64,000 bases of DNA from Kiloniellaceae bacterium (GCA_009377535.1 WHTV01000007.1:1891-65890); one strand, 5' to 3'; shown: positions 26,769 to 37,027, counted from the first letter of the stretch. Made by a program: numbers and translations. The notes: generated by a model from the sequence alone, not told the origin.

Positions 26769-28466
26769 TTGATCGCAGCAGATCGGGCGGGCGCGCCACG
26801 GCGGACGGACCGCCGCGTCGCGTCCACCGCGCAGGATGCCGGCTCTGCCGGCGCTTACGACTACATCGTGGTCGGCGGCGGCTCCGCCGGCTGCGTGCTG
26901 GCCAACCGGCTCTCTACCGACCCCGCCAAGCGTGTGTTGCTGCTGGAAGCCGGCGGGCGCGACTGGAATCCCTGGATCCACGTTCCGGTCGGCTACTTCA
27001 AGACCATGCACAACCCCAAGACCGACTGGTGTTACAAGACCGAGCCGGACAAGGGCCTCAACGGGCGGCGGCTCGACTGGCCGCGCGGCAAGGTACTGGG
27101 CGGCTCCTCCTCCATCAACGGCCTGCTCTACATTCGCGGTCAGAAGGAGGATTACGACCACTGGCGCCAGCTCGGCAACGCCGGCTGGTCCTACGACGAC
27201 GTGCTGCCCTACTTCATCCGCTCGGAGGACCAGGAGCGCGGCGCCGACGACTACCACGGGGTCGGCGGGCCGCTGGCCGTGTCCGACATGCGCATCCGCC
27301 GCGCGCTCTGCGACAAGTTCATCACGGCGGCCGGCGAACTCGGCATTCCGCCGCGCCAGGATTTCAACGGCGCCGCGCAGGAAGGCGCCGGCTACTTTCA
27401 GCTGACCGCCAGGAACGGCCGCCGCTGCAGCACCGCCGTCGGCTACCTCAATCCGGCGCGCCCACGCCCCAACCTGGAGATCGTCACCCACGCGCAGACC
27501 GAAAGGGTGCTCTTCGACGGCCGCCACGCGGTGGGCGTCACCTACCGTCGCAAGGGCAGCCCGCGCGAGGCGCGTTGCCGCGGCGAGGTCATCCTCGCGG
27601 CTGGCGCCATTGGCTCGCCGCAGATCCTGCTGCTCTCGGGTGTCGGCCCCGGCGGCCAGCTTCAGAGCTTCGATATTCCGCTGGTGCATCACCTAGCGGG
27701 CGTCGGGCGCAACCTGCAGGATCACCTGCAGGTTCGCATGGTGTTCAAGACGCGCGGTCCGATCACCATGAACGACCAGGTCCACAATCCCTTCAAGAAG
27801 ATGCTGATGGGGCTGGACTACCTGCTGTTCCGCCGCGGCCCGCTGACCATGGGCGCGAGCCAGGTCTGCGTCTTCGCGCGCACTACGCCGGAGGCGGCGA
27901 CGCCGGACATCCAGTTCCACCTGCAGCCCTTGAGCGCCGACAAGCCGGGTGAAGGATTACATCGCTTCTCCGCTTTCACCTCCTCGATCTGCCAGCTACG
28001 CCCGGAGAGCCGCGGCGTCATCGAGCTGCGCAGCCCCTTCGCACAGGACTACCCGGCGATCCACCCCAACTACCTGGCGACGGTGAAGGACCAGCAGGTG
28101 ACCGTGGCCGGCATGAAGATGTCGCGCGCCATCGCCGCCACCGAGACCCTGGCGCCGCTGATCGACCACGAGCTTTCGCCGGGCGCTGAGACCGCCAGTG
28201 ACGAGGATCTGCTGGTGGCCGCGCGCAACCTCAGCCAGACCATCTACCACCCTGTCGGCACCTGCAAGATGGGGCGCGACGAGACGGCGGTGGTGGACGA
28301 GCGCCTGCGCGTGCGCGGCCTGGAGGGCCTGCGCGTGGTCGACGCCTCGGTCATGCCAACCCTGGTCTCCGGCAACACCAACGCGCCCACCGTCATGATC
28401 GCCGAGAAGGCCAGCGACATGATCCTGGCGGACGCGAGGCCCAGTGGCGCGGCGCGGTCCAATTGA
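26769..28466 (+). CDS. GMC oxidoreductase (choline dehydrogenase family; IseJ isethionate dehydrogenase-like by context)
   Basis: GGGSAG FAD motif, PRGKVLGGSSSING, NLQDH, YHPVGTC, GNTNAP. Confidence 0.9.
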   Translation: MIAADRAGAPRRTDRRVASTAQDAGSAGAYDYIVVGGGSAGCVLANRLSTDPAKRVLLLEAGGRDWNPWIHVPVGYFKTMHNPKTDWCYKTEPDKGLNGRRLDWPRGKVLGGSSSINGLLYIRGQKEDYDHWRQLGNAGWSYDDVLPYFIRSEDQERGADDYHGVGGPLAVSDMRIRRALCDKFITAAGELGIPPRQDFNGAAQEGAGYFQLTARNGRRCSTAVGYLNPARPRPNLEIVTHAQTERVLFDGRHAVGVTYRRKGSPREARCRGEVILAAGAIGSPQILLLSGVGPGGQLQSFDIPLVHHLAGVGRNLQDHLQVRMVFKTRGPITMNDQVHNPFKKMLMGLDYLLFRRGPLTMGASQVCVFARTTPEAATPDIQFHLQPLSADKPGEGLHRFSAFTSSICQLRPESRGVIELRSPFAQDYPAIHPNYLATVKDQQVTVAGMKMSRAIAATETLAPLIDHELSPGAETASDEDLLVAARNLSQTIYHPVGTCKMGRDETAVVDERLRVRGLEGLRVVDASVMPTLVSGNTNAPTVMIAEKASDMILADARPSGAARSN

Positions 28467-28487
28467 TGTCCTACATTTTGGCCATGC

Positions 28488-28558
28488 TCGGGCTTGACCC
28501 GAACATCCATGGCGCAGCGCTGTGACAGTGGCGCAATGGAGCCTCGGGTCAAGCCCGA
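28488..28558. repeat. REP/RIME-like palindromic element between convergent genes
   Basis: TCGGGCTTGACCCGA (28488-28502) and its reverse complement TCGGGTCAAGCCCGA (28544-28558). Confidence 0.7.
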
Positions 28559-28582
28559 AGGTGACGACTGGAGGGAAGGGCG

Positions 28583-29449
28583 CTAGTCCTCGAAGCGGCC
28601 GGAGAGGCCTTCGACGATAGCCTGGTAGGCTGGCTCGACCTCGGGCGCGAGGATGCCATGGCGCAGCGCGAAGTGCAGGTTCACCAGGGCGACGTTGAAC
28701 TTGAAGTCGTCGCTGTCGCGCAGCCGCTCCAGGACCTGGCCGACCGGCCAGAGGGAGAAGGACTCCACCTCGTCGTCGTTCGGCTTCGGCACAAAGTCCG
28801 CCGGCAGCTCGAGATCGAAGCAGAAGGCGAGGTCGTTGCGCAGACCCTCTGCGCGCTCGCAGATGTAGCGGATCGCGCCGACCGGCCGGGCGCAGGCGGC
28901 CAGTCCGGCCGGCACGCTGGCCTCCTCCGCCGCTTCCTTGATGACGTTGTCCATCAGCCCGAGGCCATAGGGCTGGCCGCCGGCCACCAGGTGGTCGAGC
29001 TTGCCCGGCGCCACCGTCTTGTGCTTCGCCCGCTTGCCGACCCAGAGCTGAGGCCCCTCGGCGGTGCGGACGTAGCCGTTCACGTGCACGCCGTAGGCCA
29101 GCACGCCGAATAGCGGTACCGCGCCGCGCTCCATCCTGAACAGCGGCGCTTCGCCCCAGCGCCTGGAAATGCCATAGTCCTCGCCCCGCCACTTGGGAAT
29201 CTCGCCGGCGGCGTGCAACTCGCGCAGCGCCTCCTCGAGGATCGCCGAGCGCGTTTCGAAGTCGCCGTAGCGCGCCGGCAAGGCCACGGCCGCATCGGAG
29301 ACCGCGAAGACCCTGGGAAAATCCTGCAGGCGCCGGGCAAAGCCATGCGTCACCCAGCCGAGCGGCCGGGCCTCGCCCTCCAGCACGAAAGGGCGATAGT
29401 TTTCCGGCTGCCAGCTGTGGCAGGCCTTCAGGCGATCGAGGTAGCTCAT
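28583..29449 (-). CDS. NUDIX hydrolase with DUF4743 domain
   Basis: YGVHVNGY, PGKLDHLVAGG, KEAAEEA Nudix box. Confidence 0.88.
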   Translation of the reverse strand: MSYLDRLKACHSWQPENYRPFVLEGEARPLGWVTHGFARRLQDFPRVFAVSDAAVALPARYGDFETRSAILEEALRELHAAGEIPKWRGEDYGISRRWGEAPLFRMERGAVPLFGVLAYGVHVNGYVRTAEGPQLWVGKRAKHKTVAPGKLDHLVAGGQPYGLGLMDNVIKEAAEEASVPAGLAACARPVGAIRYICERAEGLRNDLAFCFDLELPADFVPKPNDDEVESFSLWPVGQVLERLRDSDDFKFNVALVNLHFALRHGILAPEVEPAYQAIVEGLSGRFED

Positions 29450-29593
29450 GGCGCGGAAGGTAAGGGCTGCGATGCGGGATGGCTATCGGCTTTTGCGGTT
29501 CCGGGGACAAGAGTCGTGGCCGCGTGCGCCCGCAGCCGGTATAGCTGGAAACCGAGCGGTTACCGGCCTCAGACCACCAGGGGAAGGCGTTTC

Positions 29594-30373
29594 ATGGACT
29601 GCAGTGAATTGAACTGGCGCGTGGAGGAAGCCTGCATGAACGCCTGGCCAGCGTCGCGACAGCTGCTCCTCGGCGGCTGGCTGCTGCGCGCATCGGGCGG
29701 CGACGTGCGCCGCGCCAACTCAGTCAATCCGCTGCGCGGCGGTCCGCGCGATCCCGCCAAGGTGCTGGCTGCGGCGGAGTCGGTCTACGCTGCGCTGGAA
29801 CAGCCGACGATCTTCCGCACCCCGGATATCGCCGAGGGCATGGCCGAACGCCTGGCGGAGCTTGGCTACCTGGCAGAGAGCGAGACCGCGACCCTGTACT
29901 GCAACCTTTCCGGAAAACCGGGCGTTTCCCAGGGAGCGGCAGAACTGACACCCACACCGAGCCGGGAGTGGCTGAGAGCCCGTGCCGCCTTGAGCGCGGT
30001 GGACGCCGAAGGATCGCAACTCTACGCGGCTATGCTGGCCGGCATCCTGCCGGCGAAGGCCTTCGCCGCCGTCCGCCACGAGGGGGAGATCGCCGCCCTG
30101 GCCTATGCCGTCGTCCATGACGGCCTGGCGGTGATCGAGTCGGTGGTCACCGACACCCGGTGGCGGCGGCGCGGCTATGGGCGGCGGGCCATCGGCGAGC
30201 TGCTGGACTGGGCCCGGGCAGCCGGCGCGCAAGGCGCCTGCCTGCAGGTTCTTGCTGACAACACGCCCGCGCTTGCGCTTTATCGGACGCTCGGCTTCGA
30301 CAGGACGCTCTACTGCTATCGCTACCTCCGCAAAGGAACCATCGGTCAGCGGCAGGCGAAGGTCGCCTCGTAG
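29594..30373 (+). CDS. GNAT acetyltransferase
   Basis: NAWPA...RRANSV; RRRGYGRR acetyl-CoA motif; LQVLADNTPALALY. Confidence 0.88.
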   Translation: MDCSELNWRVEEACMNAWPASRQLLLGGWLLRASGGDVRRANSVNPLRGGPRDPAKVLAAAESVYAALEQPTIFRTPDIAEGMAERLAELGYLAESETATLYCNLSGKPGVSQGAAELTPTPSREWLRARAALSAVDAEGSQLYAAMLAGILPAKAFAAVRHEGEIAALAYAVVHDGLAVIESVVTDTRWRRRGYGRRAIGELLDWARAAGAQGACLQVLADNTPALALYRTLGFDRTLYCYRYLRKGTIGQRQAKVAS

Positions 30374-30585
30374 CCGCTAGCCTCTCTGTCTTCGTCGACC
30401 AGGTAGGCGTCCTGGTCGTAGTGATCATCACAGTAGTCGTCCGCCTTTTCCGCCACCTCGTCGTAGTCGTCGTCATCACTGTAGGTGTAGCTGACGGTCG
30501 GCTCGGTCGCCTCCGTCTGATAGGCGGCGCAGCCCGGCAAGAAGGCCAAAGCCAGCGCGCCGGCGGTCAGGTATAGCACACGCAT
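30346..30585 (-). CDS. small acidic lipoprotein (paralog A)
   Basis: Lipobox FLPGC; mature part homologous to 37028-37285. Confidence 0.75.
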   Translation of the reverse strand: MRVLYLTAGALALAFLPGCAAYQTEATEPTVSYTYSDDDDYDEVAEKADDYCDDHYDQDAYLVDEDREASGYEATFACR

Positions 30586-30784
30586 GGTCGTCTCCTCTGC
30601 TGTGGCCCCCTGCAAATCTACAACGCTGCGGGCAGGGTTGAGTTCCGGTGACGGCCAAGGCACCCTGCGGTCGAAAGCGCCGACGCTGGCGGCGACCTTC
30701 GGCTGCAGTATGATTTTTTTGCCGGCTGCTTGTCGGCTGGAGGCATACTCGTTCGTCCTCTGGGTGACGCAGGAGGGGTGCTCG

Positions 30785-31165
30785 ATGCTTTATGCTATTC
30801 TCTGTTACCACGACGAGGCTGAGGTCGACTCCTGGTCCAAGGAAAAAGATGACGCTGTGCTCACCAAGCGGGCGCAGGTGACAGACCCGCTGGCAGCCCA
30901 GGGAAAGCTCGGCCCCGTCGCCCGCCTGATGCCGACCACGGCCGCCACCACGGTCAGGTCGGGCCGCGAGCCCCTGGTCATCGACGGCCCCTTCGCCGAA
31001 ACCAAGGAGCAACTTCTCGGCTTCTACCTCGTCGACTGCGCGACCCTGGAAGAAGCCATTGACGTCGCACGTGGTCTTGGGCGGGACGAAACGGGCGGCT
31101 TCGAAATTCGCCCGCTGCGCCTGTTCCAGCCGGCGGCATTTCCCTCGCCAGCGTTCCTCGAGTGA
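30785..31165 (+). CDS. YciI family protein
   Basis: DGPFAETKEQLLGFY motif; ATG 30785. Confidence 0.9.
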   Translation: MLYAILCYHDEAEVDSWSKEKDDAVLTKRAQVTDPLAAQGKLGPVARLMPTTAATTVRSGREPLVIDGPFAETKEQLLGFYLVDCATLEEAIDVARGLGRDETGGFEIRPLRLFQPAAFPSPAFLE

Positions 31166-31171
31166 CATGAC

Positions 31172-32446
31172 GTGACGGATCTCGCCTGGATCAACACCGC
31201 TCTCACCTCCGCGCGGCCGCGGGCGCTGGGCGCGTTGTTGCGCTATTTTCGCGACCTGGACCAGGCGGAGGAAGCTTTCCAGGAAGCCTCCCTGCGTGCG
31301 CTGAAGAACTGGCCGGTGAATGGCCCGCCGCGCGATCCGGTTGCCTGGCTCACGCTGGTGGGCCGCAACGCGGCACTCGACGATCTCCGCCGCCGCAGCA
31401 AGAGCCAGGCACTGCCTCCCGATGACGTCATCTCGAACCTCGGCGACGCCGAAAGCGACCTCGCCGAACGGCTCGACAGTTCGCACTACCGCGACGACGT
31501 CCTGCGCCTCCTGTTCATATGCTGTCATCCCAATCTGCCGGCTACCCAGCAGATTGCACTTGCCCTGCGCATCGTCTCCGGCCTCTCGGTCACGGAGATC
31601 GCCCGCGCCTTCCTGGTGAGCGAGAGTGCGATGGAGCAGCGCATTACCCGGGCCAAGCGCCGCGTCTCCGCGGCCAGCGTCGCCTTCGAGACGCCCAATG
31701 CCTACGACCGGGCCGAGCGGCTCGGCAGCGTGGCGGCGATGAACTACCTGCTGTTCAACGAGGGCTATTCGGCAAGTGGCGGCGAGGCCTACATTCGGCT
31801 GCCCCTCTGTGAAGAGGCGATCCGCCTCACCCAGCTTCTGCTTCGCCTCTTTCCGAGCGAACCCGAGATCATGGGGCTGGCCGCGCTGATGTTCCTGCAG
31901 CATGCCCGCGCGCCGGCGCGCCTGGACGAAGACGGCAGCATCGTGCTCCTGGAGGACCAGGACCGCCGCCTGTGGGACCGCGATATGATCGCCGAAGGGC
32001 TTGTGCTGGTGGAAAAGGCGCTGCGCCACCGGCGGCCGGGGCCCTACCAGGTGCAGGCTGCGATCGCTGCCGTGCATGCCCAGGCCAGCCGGCCGCAGGA
32101 CACCGACTGGGCGGAGATCGAACTGCTCTATGCCACTCTCGAGCGCCTGCAGCCGTCCCCCGTCGTCACGCTCAACCGGGCCGTCGCGGTCGCCAAGGTG
32201 CGCGGCCCACAGGCAGCGCTCGACATGGTCGAGCCGCTCGCCGAACCGCTCGCCGGCTATTTCCACTTCTTCGGAACCCGAGGCGCTCTGCTCATGCAGC
32301 TCGGCCGCAGCGAGGAGGCGCGCGTGGCCTTCGACCGCGCTATCGCGCTCGCCAACACGTCCGCGGAGGCCGCCCACATCCGCCAGCACCTCGACCGCCT
32401 GATGGCAGACAGCGCGCAGGGCCGAGGCGCTGCAGCCTCGACGTAA
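31172..32446 (+). CDS. ECF sigma factor with C-terminal DUF6596/TPR extension
   Basis: AEEAFQEA, LRLLFICCHP, MEQRITRAK, YLLFNEGY, GPYQVQAAIAAVH. Confidence 0.92.
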   Translation: MTDLAWINTALTSARPRALGALLRYFRDLDQAEEAFQEASLRALKNWPVNGPPRDPVAWLTLVGRNAALDDLRRRSKSQALPPDDVISNLGDAESDLAERLDSSHYRDDVLRLLFICCHPNLPATQQIALALRIVSGLSVTEIARAFLVSESAMEQRITRAKRRVSAASVAFETPNAYDRAERLGSVAAMNYLLFNEGYSASGGEAYIRLPLCEEAIRLTQLLLRLFPSEPEIMGLAALMFLQHARAPARLDEDGSIVLLEDQDRRLWDRDMIAEGLVLVEKALRHRRPGPYQVQAAIAAVHAQASRPQDTDWAEIELLYATLERLQPSPVVTLNRAVAVAKVRGPQAALDMVEPLAEPLAGYFHFFGTRGALLMQLGRSEEARVAFDRAIALANTSAEAAHIRQHLDRLMADSAQGRGAAAST

Positions 32447-32497
32447 CGCCCCCTACCGCCCGCCGCCGGAGCCGGCCAATAAGTAAAGGAGACTGCC

Positions 32498-32863
32498 ATG
32501 AAGTATCTCTGTCTCGTCTATGGCGAGGAGAAGGATCTCGACGCCTTGCCCGAGAACGCCTGGGACGTGCTCGTGCGCGACTCGCTGTCCTACGACGAGG
32601 CGCTACGCCGCAGCGGGCACTATATCGTCTCGGATGCACTTCAACCCGTCAGCACGGCCGCCAGCCTCCGAGTCCGCAACGGCCGGCTGTCGGTAACCGA
32701 CGGTCCCTTCGCCGAGACCAAGGAGCAACTGCTCGGTTTCATTCTCATCGAGGCCAGGGACCGGAACGATGCCATCGAGGCCGCCGCGAAAATCCCTATG
32801 GCGGGACTTGGCACCATAGAAGTGCGGCCCGTGCGCGAACTGGAGGAGCCGCGTAACGACTGA
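32498..32863 (+). CDS. YciI family protein
   Basis: MKYLCLVY; DGPFAETKEQLLGF; IEVRP. Confidence 0.9.
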   Translation: MKYLCLVYGEEKDLDALPENAWDVLVRDSLSYDEALRRSGHYIVSDALQPVSTAASLRVRNGRLSVTDGPFAETKEQLLGFILIEARDRNDAIEAAAKIPMAGLGTIEVRPVRELEEPRND

Positions 32864-33006
32864 TCCCAAGAAAGCGCTCTTGAGGCGAAGTACCGCGCGA
32901 CCCGGCCATCGCTCCCAGCCCTCTAAAAAGAATCCGACGGAATGTCGGACGGCCGGCTGCTCTTTCGTCCTTCGGGAAATGTCATGAAGAGGGAAAGCTG
33001 CAAATC

Positions 33007-33975
33007 ATGATCAGCACTCGCCGAGCCTTCACGAAAGCCCTTGTCGTCGCTGCTGCGATCATTTGGACGGGCCTGCCCGCGCCGCTGCCGGCGCAACAAC
33101 GCAGCGACCCGGCGGCAGCTGAGCTCGGAGCGGGATTTTCTTCCGCGACGGCCGACGTAAACGGCACGACGCTCCACTACGTGCGCGGCGGAACCGGGCC
33201 CGCTATAATCCTGCTGCACGGCTTTCCCCAGGACTGGTACGAATTTCACCAGGTCATGCCGCGACTGGCAAAGAGCTTCACCGTAGTCGCCGTCGACCTG
33301 CGCGGCATCGGCGGATCCCGGGCCACGCCCGGCGGCTACGACGCCGCGAACCTGGCCGAGGACATCCGCCAGCTCGCCCGGCAGCTGCAACTGGAACGCA
33401 GCTACCTCGTCGGTCACGACATGGGCGGCATGGTGGCCTACGCCTTCGCCCGCCTCTATCCGGACGAAGCGCGCGGCGTCATGACGCTCGACGTCCCGCT
33501 TCCGGGCATCGAGCCTTGGGAGGCGGTCAAGGCCGATCCGTTGCTTTGGCACATCAATTTCCACCAGACGCCGGACCTGCCGGAGCTTCTGGTTGCGGGG
33601 CGACAAGCGCTCTATTTCCGCCATTTCTTCGATCTCGGCACCGTCGACAAGGAAGCCATCGGCAGTGAGGCTGCGGCGCACTATGCCAGGGCCTATGCCG
33701 CGCCGGAGCAGCTGCGGGCAGCGTTCGAGTTGTATAGGGCCCTGCCGGCCAACGAAGAGTTCAACGCGGCCCAGCGGGGTGCCATAGACCTGCCGCTGGT
33801 GCTGGCCGGCGGCGACCAAAGCTTCGGGCCGCTGCTGCCGGGCCTCGCCGAGACGCTGCACACATTCGGTTGGAGCAACGTCTCCGTCGAGATCGTCGAA
33901 AACGGCGGACACTACCTGCCTGACGAGCAGCCAGCGGCAGTGGCCGCTCTCATCGAACGCTACGCAGCGATGTAG
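33007..33975 (+). CDS. alpha/beta hydrolase (epoxide hydrolase-like), exported
   Basis: LLHGFPQ, GHDMGG nucleophile Asp, GHYLPDE; signal-like N-terminus. Confidence 0.88.
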   Translation: MISTRRAFTKALVVAAAIIWTGLPAPLPAQQRSDPAAAELGAGFSSATADVNGTTLHYVRGGTGPAIILLHGFPQDWYEFHQVMPRLAKSFTVVAVDLRGIGGSRATPGGYDAANLAEDIRQLARQLQLERSYLVGHDMGGMVAYAFARLYPDEARGVMTLDVPLPGIEPWEAVKADPLLWHINFHQTPDLPELLVAGRQALYFRHFFDLGTVDKEAIGSEAAAHYARAYAAPEQLRAAFELYRALPANEEFNAAQRGAIDLPLVLAGGDQSFGPLLPGLAETLHTFGWSNVSVEIVENGGHYLPDEQPAAVAALIERYAAM

Positions 33976-34008
33976 AGAGGTCAGCACCGCAATACAAAGG
34001 AGGAGAAA

Positions 34009-34731
34009 ATGACCAATCTCGCATTCGAAACCACCAACCCACCGCATCTCGTGGTGTCGCGGGATGAATGGCTGAAGGTGCGCAAGGCGCACCTCAAGAA
34101 CGAGAAGGCGCTGACGCGTATGCGCGACCTCGTCGCTGCCGAGCGGCGCGAACTGCCCTGGGTCAAGGTCGAGAAGGAGTACGTCTTCGATACACCGGCA
34201 GGCAAGCAGACCCTGGCCGAGCTGTTCGGCAGGAACAGCCAGCTCATCATCCACCATTTCATGTTCGGGCCCGACTGGGAGGCCGGCTGTCCGAGCTGCT
34301 CCCTCGAGGCCGACCATGCCGAGGGCGCCATCGTGCATCTCGAGCATCACGACGTCAGCTATGTGCGGGTGTCGCGGGCGCCGCTCGAAAAGCTGGAAGC
34401 CTACAGGAAGCGCATGGGCTGGCAGGTGAAGTGGGTGTCGTCCTACGGCAGCGATTTCAACTACGACTACCACGTGTCCTTCACCAAGGACGACCTCGCC
34501 GCAGGCAGGGTCGACTACAACTATGCCATGGTCGAAGGCTACGACGAACTGCCGGGCCTGAGCGTCTTCTACAAGGACGAGAACGACGACGTCTTCCATA
34601 CCTACTCCAGCTACGCGCGCGGCAACGAGGAGGTGAACGGCGCTTTCATCTATTTCGACATCACGCCGAAGGGCCGCAACGAGAAAGAGATCATGGACTG
34701 GGTGCGGCGCCACGACGAGTACGATCGATGA
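34009..34731 (+). CDS. DUF899 thioredoxin-like protein
   Basis: RRELPWVKVEK, HFMFGP, GCPSCS, FHTYSSYARG. Confidence 0.9.
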   Translation: MTNLAFETTNPPHLVVSRDEWLKVRKAHLKNEKALTRMRDLVAAERRELPWVKVEKEYVFDTPAGKQTLAELFGRNSQLIIHHFMFGPDWEAGCPSCSLEADHAEGAIVHLEHHDVSYVRVSRAPLEKLEAYRKRMGWQVKWVSSYGSDFNYDYHVSFTKDDLAAGRVDYNYAMVEGYDELPGLSVFYKDENDDVFHTYSSYARGNEEVNGAFIYFDITPKGRNEKEIMDWVRRHDEYDR

Positions 34732-34742
34732 AGGAGGAGGTC

Positions 34743-35093
34743 ATGCGCCTTCGGGGAAGCTGCCACTGCGGCAAGATCGCCTACAGCCTCGATGAAGAGC
34801 CGCCGACCGAGGCGATCGAGTGCAACTGCTCCATCTGCCGGCGCAAGGGTTCGCTGCTTGCCGCCTTTGCACCGGACAATTTCCATCTCGAAACGCCGCG
34901 CGACGACATCGCCGTCTACACCTTCGGCAAGCAGGCCATCCGCCATCAGTTCTGCAAGACCTGCGGGTGTACGCCTTTCGCCGAAGGGACAGGCCCCGAT
35001 GGCGAGGCGATGGTGGTGCTCAATCTCCGCTGTGCGGATAATCTTGACCCTTCGGCGATCAAGGTGACGCAGTTCGACGGGGCCAGCCTATGA
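34743..35093 (+). CDS. GFA (CENP-V) family protein
   Basis: GSCHCG, CNCSIC, FCKTCG. Confidence 0.9.
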   Translation: MRLRGSCHCGKIAYSLDEEPPTEAIECNCSICRRKGSLLAAFAPDNFHLETPRDDIAVYTFGKQAIRHQFCKTCGCTPFAEGTGPDGEAMVVLNLRCADNLDPSAIKVTQFDGASL

Positions 35094-35145
35094 TGCAACC
35101 GGCGCCAGGCAGGCAACCGCGCGGCGTCGCTCATCGGAGGACGTC

Positions 35146-35580
35146 ATGAACGATCATAACCTCGAGCGGGCGCTGTTCCGCGCGCTGTTGGCGCTGCGCA
35201 TCACGCTCGGACTGTTTCTGCTCCAGTGGGGCGTGGAAAAGTTCGTTGTCCCGGAAATCAACGTGGCGATCTGGGGTTACTTCTACGGCTTCTCTGTGCC
35301 GCTGGCCCTGGGTTACCTCTTTGGCGCCGTCGAAATCGCCATCGCCTGTTGCCTCTTTCTCGGCGTTTTCCGTACTGCAGCCTACGGGGGCGCACTGGTA
35401 TTGCATGCCGTGAGCGTGCTGGTGTCCTGGCGCCAGCTCATGGACCCCTGGGGTGACGACGCGAACCATTTGTTCATCGCCGGTGTTCCGGTGTTGGGTG
35501 CCCTGGCGGCGCTCTTCCTGCTGCGCCACTGGGATCGCGGAGTTGTTGCGAGCCAAGCTTCCCCGAAGGCTCAGGCTTGA
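35146..35580 (+). CDS. DoxX family membrane protein
   Basis: LRITLGLFLLQWGVEKF, GAVE; hydrophobic. Confidence 0.75.
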   Translation: MNDHNLERALFRALLALRITLGLFLLQWGVEKFVVPEINVAIWGYFYGFSVPLALGYLFGAVEIAIACCLFLGVFRTAAYGGALVLHAVSVLVSWRQLMDPWGDDANHLFIAGVPVLGALAALFLLRHWDRGVVASQASPKAQA

Positions 35581-35629
35581 CGCCTGAGGTGTGGCTCTGC
35601 GACTCGGTCGATGCTCCAAAGTGAACAGC

Positions 35630-36070
35630 TTATCCGGTGAGCATCTGAGTGTAGCGCCGCTGCATCTCTTCGGGCTCGATCTCTTCGAGGGAGTGGCCGA
35701 TCAGCCAGTCGTAGCCGAAGGGATCGCGCAGGGTGCCGGAGCGCTCGCCGTAGAAATGATCCTGGGGCGCACGCAGCAGGCGCGCGCCCGCAGCGACCGC
35801 CTGCTCGATCATGGCATCGGCGTCGTCAACATGCAGGTGGATAACGAAGCTGCTCGGCGCATCGGGATCGGGCGCGTGGATGCCGAACTCGGGAAACTCG
35901 TCGGAGAGCATCAGGGTGGTGCCGCCGAGCTCCAGCTCGATATGGCCGATGCGCCCGCCAGGCTCGACGAGGCGGAACTTCTCGGTAGCGCCGAAAACCT
36001 GCTTGTAGAAATCCACTGCCCGCTGCGCCGACCTGGCGCGCAGGTAGACGAAAAGTTCGTGAACAGCCAT
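35630..36070 (-). CDS. VOC/glyoxalase family protein
   Basis: AVDFYKQVFGA, GHIEL, DHFYGERSGTLRDPFG. Confidence 0.9.
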   Translation of the reverse strand: MAVHELFVYLRARSAQRAVDFYKQVFGATEKFRLVEPGGRIGHIELELGGTTLMLSDEFPEFGIHAPDPDAPSSFVIHLHVDDADAMIEQAVAAGARLLRAPQDHFYGERSGTLRDPFGYDWLIGHSLEEIEPEEMQRRYTQMLTG

Positions 36071-36144
36071 GGGCATCTCCCGCTTGGAAAGGGCTGGCAG
36101 CATTGTCGACCAGGCCGGCGCCGGCTGTCTTGAAGGAATTCGAC

Positions 36145-36972
36145 CTAGAGCGGGACATGCCGCGGCGCGGCAGGCGCGCGGCGGCGGTAGGCGCCGGGCG
36201 AAAGGCCGGCCAGGGCGCGGAACTCGCGGGCGAAGTGCGCCTGGTCGGCATAGCCCTCGGCGGCGGCAAGCTCGGCCCAGGCGATGTCCGGCTCGGCAGC
36301 CAGGCGATCGAGCGCACACCCGAAGCGCTGCACGCGGCACCAGGCCTTGGGCGCCAGGCCGACGGCTTCGCGAAAGCGCTGGGTGAAGTGGCGATGACTG
36401 AGGTTGCAGGCGGCCGCCACCGCGGCGACCGGCACGTTCCCCCGCAAGCCTGCAAGAGCAAAGGCGATGCGCGGGTCGACGCGCCTGAGTGACGGCAAGC
36501 GCGCCTGCAGGGTGGCCTCGAAAAGGGCGAGGCGACCGGCCGGGGAGCCTTCCTCCACCAGGCGCCCACGCAGACACTCGACGGCGGGCCTGCCCCAGAC
36601 GTCGTCCAGAGCATGGTGGGCGCCGATGAAGGCGCCGGCCGGCGCGCCGAGGAGGAAGCCTGCAGCGCCCGGGCGCAGCAGCGCGCCCACGCTGGCAGAG
36701 GGAATCGAGACATCCTTCAGATAGGGCGCGGCGCGCGCACCGCCGATGACCGCCGGGCTGACGCTGAAGCCCACCGCATCGCTGACGTCGCAGAATACCC
36801 GCAGTGGCCGGTCGTCGAGCCGCACTACCAGGTGCAGTGCACCGGTCGGCAGCACCAACTCGCGGCCGGTTCCGGCTGATGCGGGCGCGCCGCCGTCGGA
36901 AGCCCAGAGCAGTTCGACGAAAGGCCGCAGGGCGGTGATGGGGGCGCGGCTGAGAGTCATGGCGGTCAGCAT
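36145..36972 (-). CDS. AraC family regulator (DUF6597)
   Basis: LVLPTG; FREAVGLAPK; GYADQAHFAREFRALAG. Confidence 0.9.
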   Translation of the reverse strand: MLTAMTLSRAPITALRPFVELLWASDGGAPASAGTGRELVLPTGALHLVVRLDDRPLRVFCDVSDAVGFSVSPAVIGGARAAPYLKDVSIPSASVGALLRPGAAGFLLGAPAGAFIGAHHALDDVWGRPAVECLRGRLVEEGSPAGRLALFEATLQARLPSLRRVDPRIAFALAGLRGNVPVAAVAAACNLSHRHFTQRFREAVGLAPKAWCRVQRFGCALDRLAAEPDIAWAELAAAEGYADQAHFAREFRALAGLSPGAYRRRAPAAPRHVPL

Positions 36973-37027
36973 AGAAGGTCAAGCCGGCCTTGGGGAGCCC
37001 TCACCGTACGGCGCCCGAACAACCGGG

